This document shows positions 1 to 14,259 of a DNA stretch of 64,000 nucleotides, one piece after another; the first letter of the stretch is position 1; the number at the start of each line of letters is the position of its first letter. The translations under genes and the position numbers were made by a program. This stretch comes from the human T2T-CHM13v2.0 reference genome, Homo sapiens, in the NCBI RefSeq assembly GCF_009914755.1, contig NC_060930.1, one strand, 5' to 3'. The notes under the pieces are model-generated. The model was given only the letters and a program-made list of their open reading frames with translations, did not search any database and was not told the origin of the DNA.

Positions 1-36
1 GAGATTTGGGTGAGGACACAGAGCAAAATCATATCA
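1..36 (-). mobile_element. 5' terminus of a THE1D/MSTA-type MaLR LTR (cut by window edge)
   Basis: Reverse complement reads tgatatgattttgctctgtgtcctcacccaaatctc, matching the THE1/MST LTR start also seen at 28064 and 44996. Confidence 0.75.
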
Positions 37-843
37 ATATTTAATTTGGTGTGTGACCTGGTACACACTACTGAATCTTTCCAAGTCTTATTTTTCCTAT
101 TTGTGTAACAATCTTAGTATTGTTAGTCAGTTGTGTAACATAGAATGTGTGAAGCAATACATAGGGGGCTTTTAGAAAATAGTTTACTTTGCTCAAAATC
201 GGCAGCCCACACACCTTGAATTTCCTCATTTTAGTATTCAAATTAATGAGACAATGTATGCAAACTCCAGCAAGGAGCTTGGCATGTGGGATGTAATTAA
301 TTCATTCAGGCTTCAGCCTTGTAATGGTAACATAGTGAGATGGGGCTGGAGGAGGAAAATCAAAGGAGTCTGTGGCTCAGACAGAGACCTAGGTCATGAG
401 GAAAATAACCTGTGCTGTGTGTAATAGGGCTGAATTGAGTCTGCTTGACCAAGAATTTCTTAGTAAAACCCACATTCTATTTTTCCTTTGTTTTAAAGAT
501 ACAGCAAGTGCCAATCGTTAAGTTTTTCATGCCTGACTTGTCTGTTGACACTGCTGCCTAGAAGGGACTTGGACTAGCAAGTGCAGAAGCTTTTTCTCTG
601 GTGTCAGTAGGCTGGAACATAGGCTTGCCATTCATTGCTCTCCTGATCTTTATTTGGCCTGAAAGAGGAACTAGAGTAGATGTGGGAGAGATACAGTGTT
701 TTCTAACCTGTTTTTTCATACTTAAAAATTTAGCATAAATGCTCAAGTCCCAATCTGGCAGTAAGTCTTCTTGTCCCTGCCTTCAAAATATATTGTCTAT
801 TCACTTCTTTCCACCTCCACTGCCACCAGCCCAGGTCAAGTCA

Positions 844-1160
844 TTATTATTTTTTAAATTATTATTATTATTTTTTTGATACAGAGTCTTGGTCTTCCGC
901 CCAGGCTAGAGTGCAATGGCGTGATCTCTGCTCACTGCAACCTCTAGCTCCCAGGTTCAAGCAATTCTCCTGCCTCAGCTTCCCAAGTAGCTGGGATTAC
1001 AGGTGCCTGCCACCATGCCTGGCTAATTTTTTGTATTTTTAGTAGAGACGGGTTTTTGCCATGTTGGCCAGGCTGCTCTTGAACTCCTGACCTCAGATGA
1101 TCCACCTGCCTCAGCCTCCCAAAGTGCTGGGAATATAGGTGTGGGCCACCGTGCCTGGCC
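844..1160 (-). mobile_element. AluS (Sx/Sz-like), full length
   Basis: Antisense Alu dimer with (TTA)n/T tail at 844-878, ending gtgcctggcc. Confidence 0.95.
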
Positions 1161-1202
1161 CACTCTGACAACTGTGTCAAAAGTATTCTATCTGATTCTG
1201 CT

Positions 1203-1234
1203 TTTTATTTATTTATTTATTTATTTATTTTTTT
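1203..1234. repeat. (TTTA)n microsatellite
   Basis: Direct inspection. Confidence 0.9.
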
Positions 1235-1246
1235 GCCATTCCTCCC

Positions 1247-1770
1247 TGTAGTAGACATGGTGATTGTGTTGACAGCCTCCAGTCAACTCTCTGTATTGTG
1301 GCAGCTGTGTGGTTTGTGTGGGATTGACCCCACCACCATCTCTAGGGAAAACCCTGATGGCGTAAAGCCTATCAGGAAAATCCATGTGCTGTTGTTGCAG
1401 CACTTGTTTCAGACAACCCAGGACTAACCCAAGCAGCTCCTGATATTTATCTGGCCAAAGGATTGGTTCAAGGTAGTTCAATTGTGCAAATCTTAGGGCA
1501 TTTGTCAAATGGATAGAGGGAGCCATCCTGTTCTCTCCTCCTGGATGTGAAGGAGAAAGCATGATGTGGTGTACAGACTGGTAGCCATTTTGCCCAGGCA
1601 GCCTGAGAAAGAAGCCACCAAGTAGGAGGCAAAGCCACTGGAGTCTCAGAGAAGTGGAGTAAAATCCCCAACTAAACCACGCCTAAATCCCTTTCTTCCT
1701 TTGAACTTTCAGTAACATGGGCCAATAAATCCCTTCTAAGTCATTTTTGCATTCTTATAATGGTTCCTAA
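1247..1770 (+). mobile_element. Old MaLR LTR (MLT1J/K-like), degraded
   Basis: MLT1-like motifs gattggttcaagg and ttttcagtaacatgggccaataaatccc. Confidence 0.5.
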
Positions 1771-1774
1771 TGGC

Positions 1775-2390
1775 TTTATTCTCTACACTATAGACAAAGT
1801 GATCTTTTCAAAACATAAATCAGACTATGTTACACCCTTGCTTAAAATTCTCTGCTAAGAATTTAAGATACAGTATAACTTCTTAATTAAATTGGACATG
1901 ACACTATATAATGAGATGTTAACTTCTCTGACCTCTGTGGCTGCCACCTACCCTTTCTCTCACTACACTGCAGATACCCGTGAATTCTTTCTATGCCTCA
2001 AATTCATCAGGTTTATTCTAATCTCAGATTTACACTTGCTGTTTCCTCTGCCTAGAATGCTCTTCCTTCAGATCTTAAATTGCTGATATCCTCTTCTCAT
2101 TCAGGTCTCAACTCAAATATTGCTTCCTCACAGAACTTTTCCCTAGCTACTCAATTTCATTTTTCTTCTGATCAATGCCACCCTGTATACTACTAACCTG
2201 TTTAGTTTTGTTCATAGCAGCATTTGGTATCTAAAATAATCTTATTTCCTTTTTTTAGTGTCTCCCCACTAAAATAGAAGCTTCTGGTGAGAGAAGACCT
2301 TATCTTTCTTCTTCATCCTGTATCTTATTGTCTAGGGCAGTTCTTGGAACCATAGTAAATAGTAAATAAATATTTGTTGAATTAATGAAA
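1775..2390 (+). mobile_element. L2 3' end fragment
   Basis: gtttcctctgcctagaatgctcttcc, tcaggtctcaactcaaat and terminal taaatatttgttgaattaatgaa are typical of the L2 3' end. Confidence 0.75.
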
Positions 2391-2856
2391 GTCACTAAAT
2401 ATAAGATATTTTTAATACTCTATTATATGAATGTCCCATTTATTTTTTATTAACTTTTGATAAGTCCTTATGTTGAATTCAATTTTCCAGATCAGCAAAG
2501 GACCCGGTGGTCTCCAAAAATAGTTTTAAGTCTGGTATCCTGTATGTCTGAATAAGAGAATACCAGGAACCCATCTCTCCTACGCTTTCCAGTCCTTTGG
2601 TCTGCTCTTCTTCATTAGGTTCAATCTCCCTTTGGCTGATGTGAGCTCATTTGCATAGAGTATAATTTGGATAGTGCTCCTGGAGTTTTTCAGGGCCTAG
2701 GTTCAGATCTGATCTTGCCTTCTAATTGGTTGGTTCCCTCCCCTGGGCTGGATATGTTTTCTTCATGTTAGCCACTATGTGGCCTGAATGTGGGTCCAAA
2801 CTACCAAATCACTGGACCACCATGAATCATGAGTTGCTTGTTTTTCATACAGCTAA

Positions 2857-3309
<453 letters not shown>

Positions 3310-4368
3310 TAGTTTCTCTTTTTCTCCTTGAGCCAGTTGTGGAGGAGCCAGCATGACTTGTGGCTGATCCTACTTCCACCTTAGAAAGATCTTGGCCACT
3401 TTCCTCCAGGGTATTCTTGACTGTTTTCCTTCCGGGCACTCTTAACCATTCTCCTCTGAGCTGCATTGTCATCAAAGGGGACAGAAGGATAAATAACCAG
3501 TCAGTGTAGGAAAGTGGATTATGGAGTGAAGGAACACTTCAGTTGTGAAAGAGTTAAATCCAAGAGATAGGACAGCTATATTTTCTGTTAACTATGGACA
3601 TAAAGTGAAGACAAATAACACAACTATTTAGCTGTACTTCCCATTCAACCCCCTGGTTTGCCTTTGTCTTTCCTGTCATTCACATGTGGAGTTGCAGCAG
3701 ACCAGAGATTACTGGGAGCAGGCAAAGTGACAAAGTGGAGTATCTCTCAGTTCAGAATGTACTGTCTCTTACACCACAGAGGATTTATATTGTAATGTGC
3801 AATTGAGAGACCTAAGGGTGTCTTACAGATGAAATGTTGTCATTTAGGAAAAGAAGTAATGCTGTGCAAAAGAAAGTGGGCTGACTTGTAATTTAGAATT
3901 TCAAACACTCAGATCTGTTTTTTTTTTGATAATGGAACTGATAAATGTTATTTTGTCTACACCTTTCCTTTTAGATATCTCCATCATTTATTCTGATTTT
4001 TAATAACAAAGGAAAAATCTTTTAGATGTAAGACTTTAGTGACCACCATGTTTTAGATTAATCAAAGGTTTGGGGACCAAGTCGGCAAAAAGTGCCATCA
4101 CCTTAAATCTCCTTGCTCTTCCCATTACTCTTACAGGATTTCAAAGGGGTATTACCACCTGTAAGAGGCCTTGGCTGAGGGGTCCTGCTCCAATTACTTC
4201 CAGGATGACCCTGGCACCAAAATTCTTGTGGCTCTGAGCCTCACTTCATACACATGTGAAACAAAAATCACTAAAAACCTTTTTAACTGTTCTATGATTC
4301 TAACTCTATTTGTGGCTTTGTTTGGGAATAACTCAGAAACCAGGCGGAAGTGTTAATAAATGCCTTTC

Positions 4369-4822
4369 TGTTCTAAACCAAAAAGTATCTGTGACAGGTC
4401 TCAATCAGTTTAGAAGTTTATTTTGCCAAGGTTAAGGACATGCCTGGAAGAAAAGAACATAACATCGCAGAAACAGTCTGTGATTTGTGCCTTTCTCCAA
4501 AGATGATTCTGAGGGCTTCAGTAATTAAAGGGGAAAAGCAGGCTGGAGAGAAAGAGGAGGGGTACAGTAATCCACATGTTGTTAGAGAAAAGAAGCAGAC
4601 AGGGGAATCGTGAATTATGTAATAGTCTCATGCTCAGTAAATCGGCACTTTACATAAGATAAGGTGAACATAGAATAGCTACCTGTGCAGATATTTAACC
4701 TTTTATCTGTAGCTAACTGCTTAGGAACAATAGGAAAGGCAGTTTTTTTGCATGACAGCTTTTGGCTTAATTCTTTCCTTTTGGCATAGTGAATTGGGGT
4801 CCCAAGTTTTTTTCCTTTCACA
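4369..4822 (-). mobile_element. MER4-family ERV1 solo LTR
   Basis: Reverse complement starts tgtgaaaggaaaaaaacttgggaccccaattcactatgccaaaagg (MER4-type start). TG...CA termini, ~450 bp. Confidence 0.8.
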
Positions 4823-5039
4823 CTGCTTACACCCTACCAAAAAGTCCAAATGCAAATAGACATCTCATCTGAAACTCTGTCTTTATGGGAGTACCCAGTA
4901 AGTCACAACCAGAGTTCTAGAATCAGGTTAGTCCTTAGAATACTACTGATTGAATTTCTCTCACGAGTTTGTGGTTTGGCCATTCTGATAGATAAGAGAA
5001 AATAGTTTCTTTTTACTAAGAAATCTTCTAGACCTATAC

Positions 5040-7385
5040 AGTTCTAATTTATGAACTGTCACAGTATAGGACAAAGAGTGGGGTTTAAGATAATAATGAA
5101 AAGTATAAACAAGTCATGGGGGGTTTATAAATCTTGTAAAGAGAATTTTGTGTGTAATTGGGTTGGCTGGGATTAGAAGGGAATTGCTTGTAAGTTTTTC
5201 TAAGAACTGGGCATTAATGTCAGGAGTGTGCTGATACAGGACCAGAATCTGATTCTCTGTGTTTGAAGCAACAAGGTTTTCCTAGAATGTTGATCAACTC
5301 TTAGTAAAAAAAAAATTGCAAGAGGTTTGGATTTTAATTCTCAAATCCATTTCTTTAAATTTTCAACCATCTTGTGACCTACAGCTTTTCCATGTTTTAC
5401 AGCTTCTACCTAATTTCAAGTTAGAAGTGCTGTTTTCACTTAAAATGATAATTACATTTTTTGAGTAGACTTTTCCTCTTAAAGCCTTTCAGATTCATAT
5501 GCCTAGGGTTTGGCTTTTTACTGCATCTCACTACGTGTGATTTGCAGGTCATGCATCATTGCTTTCTGCTTTTCTTCCTTAGCTCCTTGAAAATAGGATA
5601 CATATTTTGCTTAACTAGAGTGGTTACTTTATTCCTTAACCTTTTCATCCATTTCTGTAGCCTTTTTCCAGGTTTGACTCTGCTATTGTGGTCTAACACT
5701 AAGAAAGTTTGTCTTAAAGGACTAATAAAACAATATCTCTTCCATTATAACTTGATTCTACACTCTTGGCTTTTCCTGATGCCTCTAAATTGTTCCATGT
5801 AAACAGATAATTTCACACACTTTTACTTTTTCTCAAAGCTATAGATTCCCCTGCTCAAGGTAATGGTTCTCTTGTTTACGTTGTTATTTTATAATAGGGT
5901 GTACACTCATAATCATGGACATACACTCTTTCAGTGTCCAATTTAATTGAAATACCTTTTCAACAGGTTTCTACTTCAAGGTTATCTAAATGGGCTTCCA
6001 ATAAAGAGAAGCACTAATACTGCAGGAGGTGTGTGTGTGTATGTGCGCATGTGGTTGTTTTTTAACGTTTTAAGTAATAAGCCTAAGAAACAGGATTTTT
6101 TTTTTGTTTTATTCATATAGTTTCTTGTGCTTTCTGCTGTCCTTATTAGGTTTTTGATTACTTAGAAAAGCTGAATCATCTCTAATTAGTGATGCTAAAT
6201 CTTTCTTAAAATTTATTTATGTAGATGTGTTGATGTTTTAAAAATTATGTAAAATTTATAAAGGTCTGATAGTCCTTTTGTGACACTGTCAGTCGTAATT
6301 CTGGTCATCTTAAAATATGGTAGAAGTGACTAAATTTCCTTGTGTTAGTAACAAAAAATTCTCATCAGATTTTTAACCATGGCTATTTTAAGTTTTTGTC
6401 ATTTACGATTTTGATTTTTCTCTAAAGGCATCTTCAATCAGATTCATAGAAAATACTCTAACAAGTACTTTTGAATACAGTTTCTGATAACTTTAAAATC
6501 AATGCATGAAGTAAAAATGTCCAAAATGCTTATAAAAAATAATTGAGGAGTTCTTGAAACTGCTAACCAAGATCAGACAAAGCAAGAATTAATTATATGG
6601 ACTAAACTGATAAAGGAATATGATTTTTATAATATTTATTTAAAATATTTATGGTTCTTTAATGAATTGTGGTTCTTTATTTTTCAGATTTGAGGAAACT
6701 CCTAAGGTCCCTCCAGTGTACAACAATTTGGTAAAATATACTGTGAACAGAATTAAAATATTTGCCTTTTCTCTCTATCTGGTCCCTTCAAAATTCAAAA
6801 ACTATTTGTGGCTATATTTATTTTATGACCACATATTTATTTACATAAGTTCAATACAAATATTTTCTTTATAACAAGATATAATTTAGAATAGTAGCAA
6901 GATTTAACTAGGTTGTCATATTTAAAGTTGTTTGTAGATACTATGCTATGGAATTGTATATTTTAAACCAGTTAATTTTATGGGATATAAATTATAATCA
7001 CAAAAAAGATTTTTAGAAAACAAAAACCAGTTTATAGGTACTACAGGTAAAACCTAAAGCCCACCTTGACTTGTTTTCCTAGCCTTGAAAATTTTTCTAA
7101 GTCCAATATGAAATCTAATCACTATTATTATTATATTTATGTAAATAATAAGACCAAATCTGATAAAATTAGATTTATTTAGAGCAAATTAGTCTTAATC
7201 TGATTATATTTGGCAAAAATTGAGATGAATACAATATACTTGTTATTGGCTTACTGTCTGAAACATGTTTTCAAGTTTTATTATCTACCTATAGACTGAA
7301 CTGGATCCTACATTTTTCTAGCTTCTTCCAATCCAATTTTCTCCCATGGAATTACTAAACAAAAACTTCTTTTCCCTGAAGTCCT
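5040..7385 (+). mobile_element. Degraded non-autonomous ERV1 internal region (MER4-group int-like)
   Basis: AT-rich non-coding stretch with motifs typical of MER-int elements (e.g. aactgctaaccaagatcag, gactgaactggatcct). Subfamily and boundaries uncertain. Confidence 0.45.
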
Positions 7386-7404
7386 TTAATAATATAACTT
7401 TTCA

Positions 7405-10400
7405 ATAACACTTCAATGCTCAGACACTGACAAACATTCACAAGCATGGAGACCATCCAGGAAAACATGACCTCACCATGTGAACTCAATAAAGCACCAG
7501 TGACCGATCCTGGAGAGACAGATATGTGACCTTTCAGACAGACGACTCAAAATAGCTGTTTGAGGATGCTCAATGAAATTCAAGATAACATAGAGAAGGA
7601 ATTCAGAATCCTATCAGTTAAATTTAACAAAGAGATTGAAATCATTAAAAAGAATCAAGCAGAAATTCTGGAACTGAAAATTACACTAGACATACTGAAG
7701 AATGCATCAGAGTATCTTAACAGCAGAATTGATCAAGCAGAAGAAAGAATTAGTGAACTTGAAGACAGGCTATTTCAAAACACACATTTGGAGGAGACAA
7801 AAGAAAAAAGACTAAAAACTATGAAGTATGCCTACAAGAACTAGAAAATAGCCTCAAAAGGGCAAATCTGAGTTGTTGGCCTTAAAAAGGAGGTAGAGAA
7901 AGAGAGAGAGGTAGGAAGTTTATTCAAAGGGATAATAATGAATAACTTCCCAAAGCTAGAGAAAGATATGATATTCAAGTTGAAGAATGTTATAGGATAC
8001 CAAGCAGATTTAACCCAAATAAGACTACCTCAAGGCATTTAATAATCAAATTCCTAAATGTCCTAAATGTCTAAAGAAAGATCCTAAAAGCAGCAAAAGA
8101 AAAGAAACAAATAACATATAATGGAGCTCCAATATGTCTGGCAGCAGGCTTTTCAGTGGAAACTTTACAGGCCAGGAGAGAGTGGCATGACGTATTTGAA
8201 GTGCTGAAGGAAAAATTTTTTACACAAGTATAATATATCTGGAAAAAATATCCTTCAATCATGAAGGAGAAACAGCTTGGAATCTATGCAAACACATGGA
8301 AATTAAACAATATGCTCCGGAATGACCAGTGGGTCAATGAAGAAATTAGGAAAGAAACTTAAAAATTTCTTGAAAAAAAAATGATAATGGAAAAACAATG
8401 CACCAAAACCTATTGTATACAGCAAATGCAATACTAAGGAAAGTTTATAGCAATAAGCATCTACATTAAAAAAGTAGAAGAACTTCAAATAAACAACCTG
8501 ATAATGTGTCTAAAGAACTGAAAAAGCAAGAGCAAACCAAACCTAAAATTAGTAGAAGAAAAGAAATAATAAAGATCAGAGCATAAATAAATGATATTCA
8601 AACAAAGAAAACAATAAAAAAATTGATAAAATGAAAAGTTGTTTTTTTGAAAAGATAAACACAATTGACAAAACTTTAGCTAGACTAAGAAAAAAAGAGA
8701 GAAGGCCCAAACAAATAAAACCAGAGATGAAAAAGTACAGATTACTGTTGATACCACAAAAGTTTAAAGGATCATTAGAGGCTGATATGAGCAACTATAT
8801 GCCAAGAAATCGGAAAATCTAGAAGAAATAGATAAATTCTTAGACACATAAAATTACCAAAATTGAACCCTGAAGAAATCCAAAACCTGAACAAAGAACA
8901 TGTAATGAGATAGAAGCCATAATAAAAAGTCTCCCAGAGAAGAAAAGCCCGGGGCCTACTGAATTCTACCCAACATTTAAAGAAGAACTAATATCAATCC
9001 TACTCAAACTATTCTGAAAAATAGTGGAGGAGGGTGTACTTCCAAACTCATTTTACAAGGCCAATTTTACTCTGATACCAAAACCATACAAAGATACATC
9101 AATGACATTCTTCGCAGAAATAGAAAAAATAATACTAAAATTTATATGGAATCACAAAAGACTCAGAATAGTTAAAGATAGCCTAAGCAAAAGGAACAAA
9201 ACTGGAGGAATCACATTACCTGACTTCAAATTATACTACAGAGCTATAGTAACCAAAACAGCATGGGACTGGCATAAACACAGACACATAGACCAATGGA
9301 ACAGGATAGAGAACCCAGATATAAATTCATACGTCTACAGGGAACTCATTCTCGACAAAGGTGCCAAGAACATACACTGGGGAAAAGACAATCCCTTCAA
9401 TAAGTGGTTCTGGAAAAACTGGGTATCCATGTGCAGAAGAATGGAGCTAGACCCCTATCTCTCACCATATCAAAAAAAAAATCAAAATGGATTAAATACT
9501 TAAATCTAAGACCTCAAACTATGAAACTACTACAAGAAACTTTGGGGAAACTCTCCAGGACATTGGTCTAGGCAAAGAATTCTTGAGTAATTATCCTACA
9601 AGCACAGGCAACCAAAGCAAAAATGGACAAATGGGATCACATCATGTTAAAAATCTTCTGTGCGGCAAAAGAAACAGTCAACAAAGTGAAGAGACAACCT
9701 ACATAATGGGAGAAAATATTTGCAGACTACCCATCTGACAAAGGAACAATAACTAGAATACATAAGGAGCTCAAAAAACTCTACAGGAAAAAAAATCTAA
9801 TAATCTGATTTTAAAATGGGCAAAAGATCTGAATAGACATTTCTCAAAAGAAGACATAGAAATGGCAAACAGGTATATGAAAAGGTGCTCAATATCATTG
9901 ATCATCAGAGAAATGCAAATCAAAACTGCAATGAGATATCATCTCACCCCAGTTAAAATGGCTTTTATTCAAAAGATAGAATAATGAATGCTGGTTAGGA
10001 TGTGGAGAAAAGAGAATTGGAGGTAGGAATGTAAATTAGTAAAGCCACTGTGGAGAACAGTTTGGAGGTTCCTCAAAAAACTACCATTATGATCCAGCAA
10101 TCCCCTGCTAGGTATATCCCAAAAGAAAGGAAATGAGAATGTAGAAGATATGTCTACACTTACATGTTTATTGCAGCACTATTGACAACAGCCAATATTC
10201 GGAAACAATCTAAATGTCCATCAATAGATAAATGAATAAAGGAGATGTGTTACGTAAACACAATGGAGTACTATTCTGCCATAAAAAACAATAAGATAGT
10301 GTCATTTGCAGCAATATAGATGGAACTGGGACATATTATGTTAAGTGAAATAAGCCAGGCACAGAAAGGCAAACCAACTTCACATGTTCTTACTTATTTG

Positions 10401-10832
10401 TGGAAACTAAAAATTAAAAACACAGACCTCATGGAGACAAGAGAGTAAAATGATGATCAACATCATTGATCATCAGAGAAATTCGGTGGGTGGGAAGGGT
10501 AGTGGATGGTGGGGAAATAGTGCTCATTAGTGGGTAGAAAAATATAGTTAGATAGAATGAATAAGACTTAGTATTTGATAGCACAACAAGATGACTACAG
10601 TCAACAACAGTTTATTATACATTTTAAAATAACTAAAATAGTATATTTGTATTTTTGTTAAGAAAAGAAGCTTGAGGTGATGGATACCCCACCTACCCTG
10701 ATGTGATTATTACACATTGTATGCCTGTATCAAAAAAATATATAGAGAGAGTACATAGGATATTTATATATATGTATTATATATATAATATACTCACAAA
10801 AATTAAAAATTAAAACAAATAAAAATAAATAA
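7405..10832 (+). mobile_element. L1MA (L1MA1-3-like) with two large internal deletions
   Basis: ORF1 remnant (7560-7844, coiled-coil IDQAEERISELEDR), ORF2 remnants (9024-9503), L1MA-type 3' UTR ending cacaaaaattaaaaattaaaa plus A tail. Confidence 0.92.
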
Positions 10833-13800
10833 ATTAGAAACTCTTGAGGTGAAAAAAATATCAAATGTCAGCTGTGGAGACTAAAGGCATGTCTCCTGCC
10901 TGCCTGTGGTCTGGAGGGTCTGTGCTGAAGTTACAGGCCACCTATTCTGCTCTAGGTAGTTTGGGCAGTTTTATTAGAATAACCCATAATAATAAAATAT
11001 GTGGTTTTAACTTTAGTAATATAATTATTTATAGCAGAGACTATTAATATTAATTACAATGTCAACAGGTTATTTTTACTAATGACTTTTTTTGAGATCT
11101 GAATATTTATAATAGAAATCATTTAGGCAGAGCAACATGTATATAAAAAGATTATTGCATATAAACCATTTGAGCAGTGTTGAGTACATTTGAAAACTCT
11201 TCAAATATCTAAAAGCATACAGAACAATGCTTTATAGATATGTCACAGCTCCAGGAAAGCACATAGTCAAAAGCTCGACATTGATAGACTTACTTTTCCA
11301 TAATTTTTCCAGAAAGTGTCTTGAATTTAAACATAATAAAAATTATATTTTCAAAGTTTTCCACTCTCCTTAATTAACTAGTAAGGCAGTATTCTTTAAT
11401 GCCCTAAGAAACAAGCACATTTTACACTACACATTTTTGCATATGGCTTTGATAAATTTCTGCATATTGCCTAATTCTGCATATTGCTTTATGAGAGAAA
11501 TTCTTGTATTTCCCTTTAATTCAGTTAGCAGACATTGACTGAAAAGTATAGAAAATGCACGGCACTGTGTTGGTTACAGATGAGTACTTTGACATGGAAA
11601 CCCTGAGTCCAGACTGACCTGCAACAATCCTAGCACCGCTTATGAATCATTTATAAGCTGGGATGCAAGTAAGGCTGGAGTGAGGTGTGTACTATGTCAT
11701 AGGTGCTTTTGAGAACCAAGACACATGGAAGGTTATTGCTACTTATATGAAAAGTTTAATAGGAAATTAACAGCTAATACAGTATATAGAAGCTGTATAG
11801 GATCAATTTAAAATAGGAATTATCTTACCTAGATTGAAAAAACGGAATACTAATTCTAATGATGCAAAAAATACTACTGCGAAAAACAAAATGAATAGAT
11901 GACACTCTACAGAGTGTAATAATTTATTGAATATAGACACTAAAGCCTGGAAATGCCAGGTAATGGAGAGGCCAAAGAGCTGAGGTAGAGAGATTAATCT
12001 AAAAAAAATGTTCTCTATGTTACTTGGGAAAAATGCTATATTTAATAACCACAAATTAATCTTTGTCCTACTTACAGACTTACACATACATAGCATTGTT
12101 CCAGTCATTTCTTATGATGTACAAATGTCTTTGGAGATTTTGAAATGTATCAAGTTTTAATTAGCTTAAGCTATTTAAGGTGTTAGAGTTTAACTAGAAT
12201 TTTATAAAATTTTATTACATCAGTCTAATTCAGTGTTTACATGCCAATAACCAGATGAAAATTAAAGTATTAAATTATTGGCTTTAATTGCATAATTCAA
12301 CAGCTGTCATTGGGCACTGACTTATGTCCTCAAGAGGCCTATAGTTTGATGACCTTTGAGTTGTATAAATTGGGACATCCCTGACACTTGCATTCTGGTC
12401 TCACTTGTTTACTTCTGAATTTATTACAACTGCAATGGTGGAATTTGGATGAGACTTTTATGAGGGAATAATCTACATATACCCTGGGAAACTGAACAAT
12501 GATAAAATTTCTGAAGGCATTAATTGCCAACGGACAATGGGTGACCGAGTAGTCAGTGACGTACTGGTGGAGAAGTTGAGGGGGCGAGGTGGTGGGCCAG
12601 GATTATGAAAATTCTACATTTGACTACTGCACTGAAGGGAGGAAAAAGGGAGAATGGGAAGCAAGCAAACTGGGGATACTAGCTCATTCAGCCAGGAAGA
12701 GGGGTGGAGGCTGTGTTGGTTCCGACTTCTTGAGACAAGGAAGCTCCCTGGGAGGCTGAGTGAAGAGGGAGGGAAGGGAATGTGATGTGGGGGTCAGAAC
12801 ACACATCATGTGGCAGGAAGGCCTGGTCTACCCCATCAGGGAGGAAGGAACCTCTGATAGAAATTTGCCAGATGAAAAGCCCTGATTGATAGATTCCAAT
12901 ACCATTTTTTTTCTTTTTCAGAAAAATAATCATTTCTCCATCTGTCTTATTTTAAAGCATTTAGCAAACATTATTTACTGAAATTTCAAAACATACATTA
13001 ATGATTATCTTGCGTCCTCAATTGTTTTCTTATTTTGCAAGATAGTTACCTACTCTATGCAAATGTAAAATACAGATTTTATTACGTGTAAAAAATTCTG
13101 TTTAGAGTATAAGCAAATAGGGAAATTAAGCAGGCCCCATTTTAAAGAATTGGACAATTTGGATTTTCCTGTTTATTTTTTCAATAGTTACCAAAGAAGA
13201 GATCCAGTCACCCCTTGGCCAGTGTTTATCGCAAAACTGAATATCTTTTCATTTCTTATGATTCCATCAATATAGAAAGGAGAAATTTAACAGAATAATG
13301 TATACCTTTTAGTAGAAAAATGTATTGTTTTATTTTCCAATCATCTTCAATAGTTTAATCCTAATTAATGCCATGTGTTGGTTAAAATAAGTAGATTTTC
13401 CTGAAGAATCCCTGATAATCTCAGAGCTCTAGAGTAAAAGGCAAAATCTTTAATACTATAGTAGACATAACTAAAGAATTTTGATTATGGATGCGGTTCT
13501 GATATATATACAGCACATCCTGTGTTTATTGACTACAGCAGGTAGTTAAGCATCATTTAGAACCAGTGTTCACATAAAGATTGCTTATTCTTGAATAATG
13601 TATATCATTATACACATCTGGCATTTTCCAGGGACAGACCGCATCTATACTTTCTAAGTCCCAGTACACACTGGAATGTTAGAGAAGAAGGGATGCATGG
13701 AATGTCTGAATTGTTGGCTAACCCGTGATGTAATTAGTTGGCATTACTTTGAAGTGTTAAACTGTCCTTTGGTTACAGTTGTAGCTAGTGCCATCTGATA

Positions 13801-14259
13801 GCCTTGAAAAAGACTGTGAGAGCTCTAATTTTTACTTGTAGTGGAAGCAGGCATCACAAACCAGAAGACAATTTATCTTTAAGATAAATAAAAGTGATGT
13901 TGGTGAAGGTGGAGGTGAAGGCTGTGGTCAAGGCACAAGGATGAAAGGCACCTATTTCAAAATTTCTTCTTTGGGTTCAGAAATATTGCTTGAATGAAAT
14001 GTTCTAAAATATTGGAAATAGAAGCAGCATAATTTTCTTGTACTTATCAGAAAAAAGTTAATGTCCTCAGATTGATGTTTATATAAAAATGATTTGAAAT
14101 CCAATAATAATGGCTACTAGTACTTATTTTCTAGTTTAAAAGTCATCCATGGGAAAAGTAATTTGTATTATGTTTTAAAAATATGTAGCCTAAAGAAATA
14201 TTGATAATTATATTAAAAATCCTCTTTTAACTCGAAATAAAAGCAGTGCTTAACAGTAG

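Noticed and set aside
11455-11490. Short tandem duplications (also 8052, 23631, 30562, 31940, 37392, 43952)
   Set aside because: Ordinary slippage micro-duplications. No spacer structure, so not CRISPR-like.
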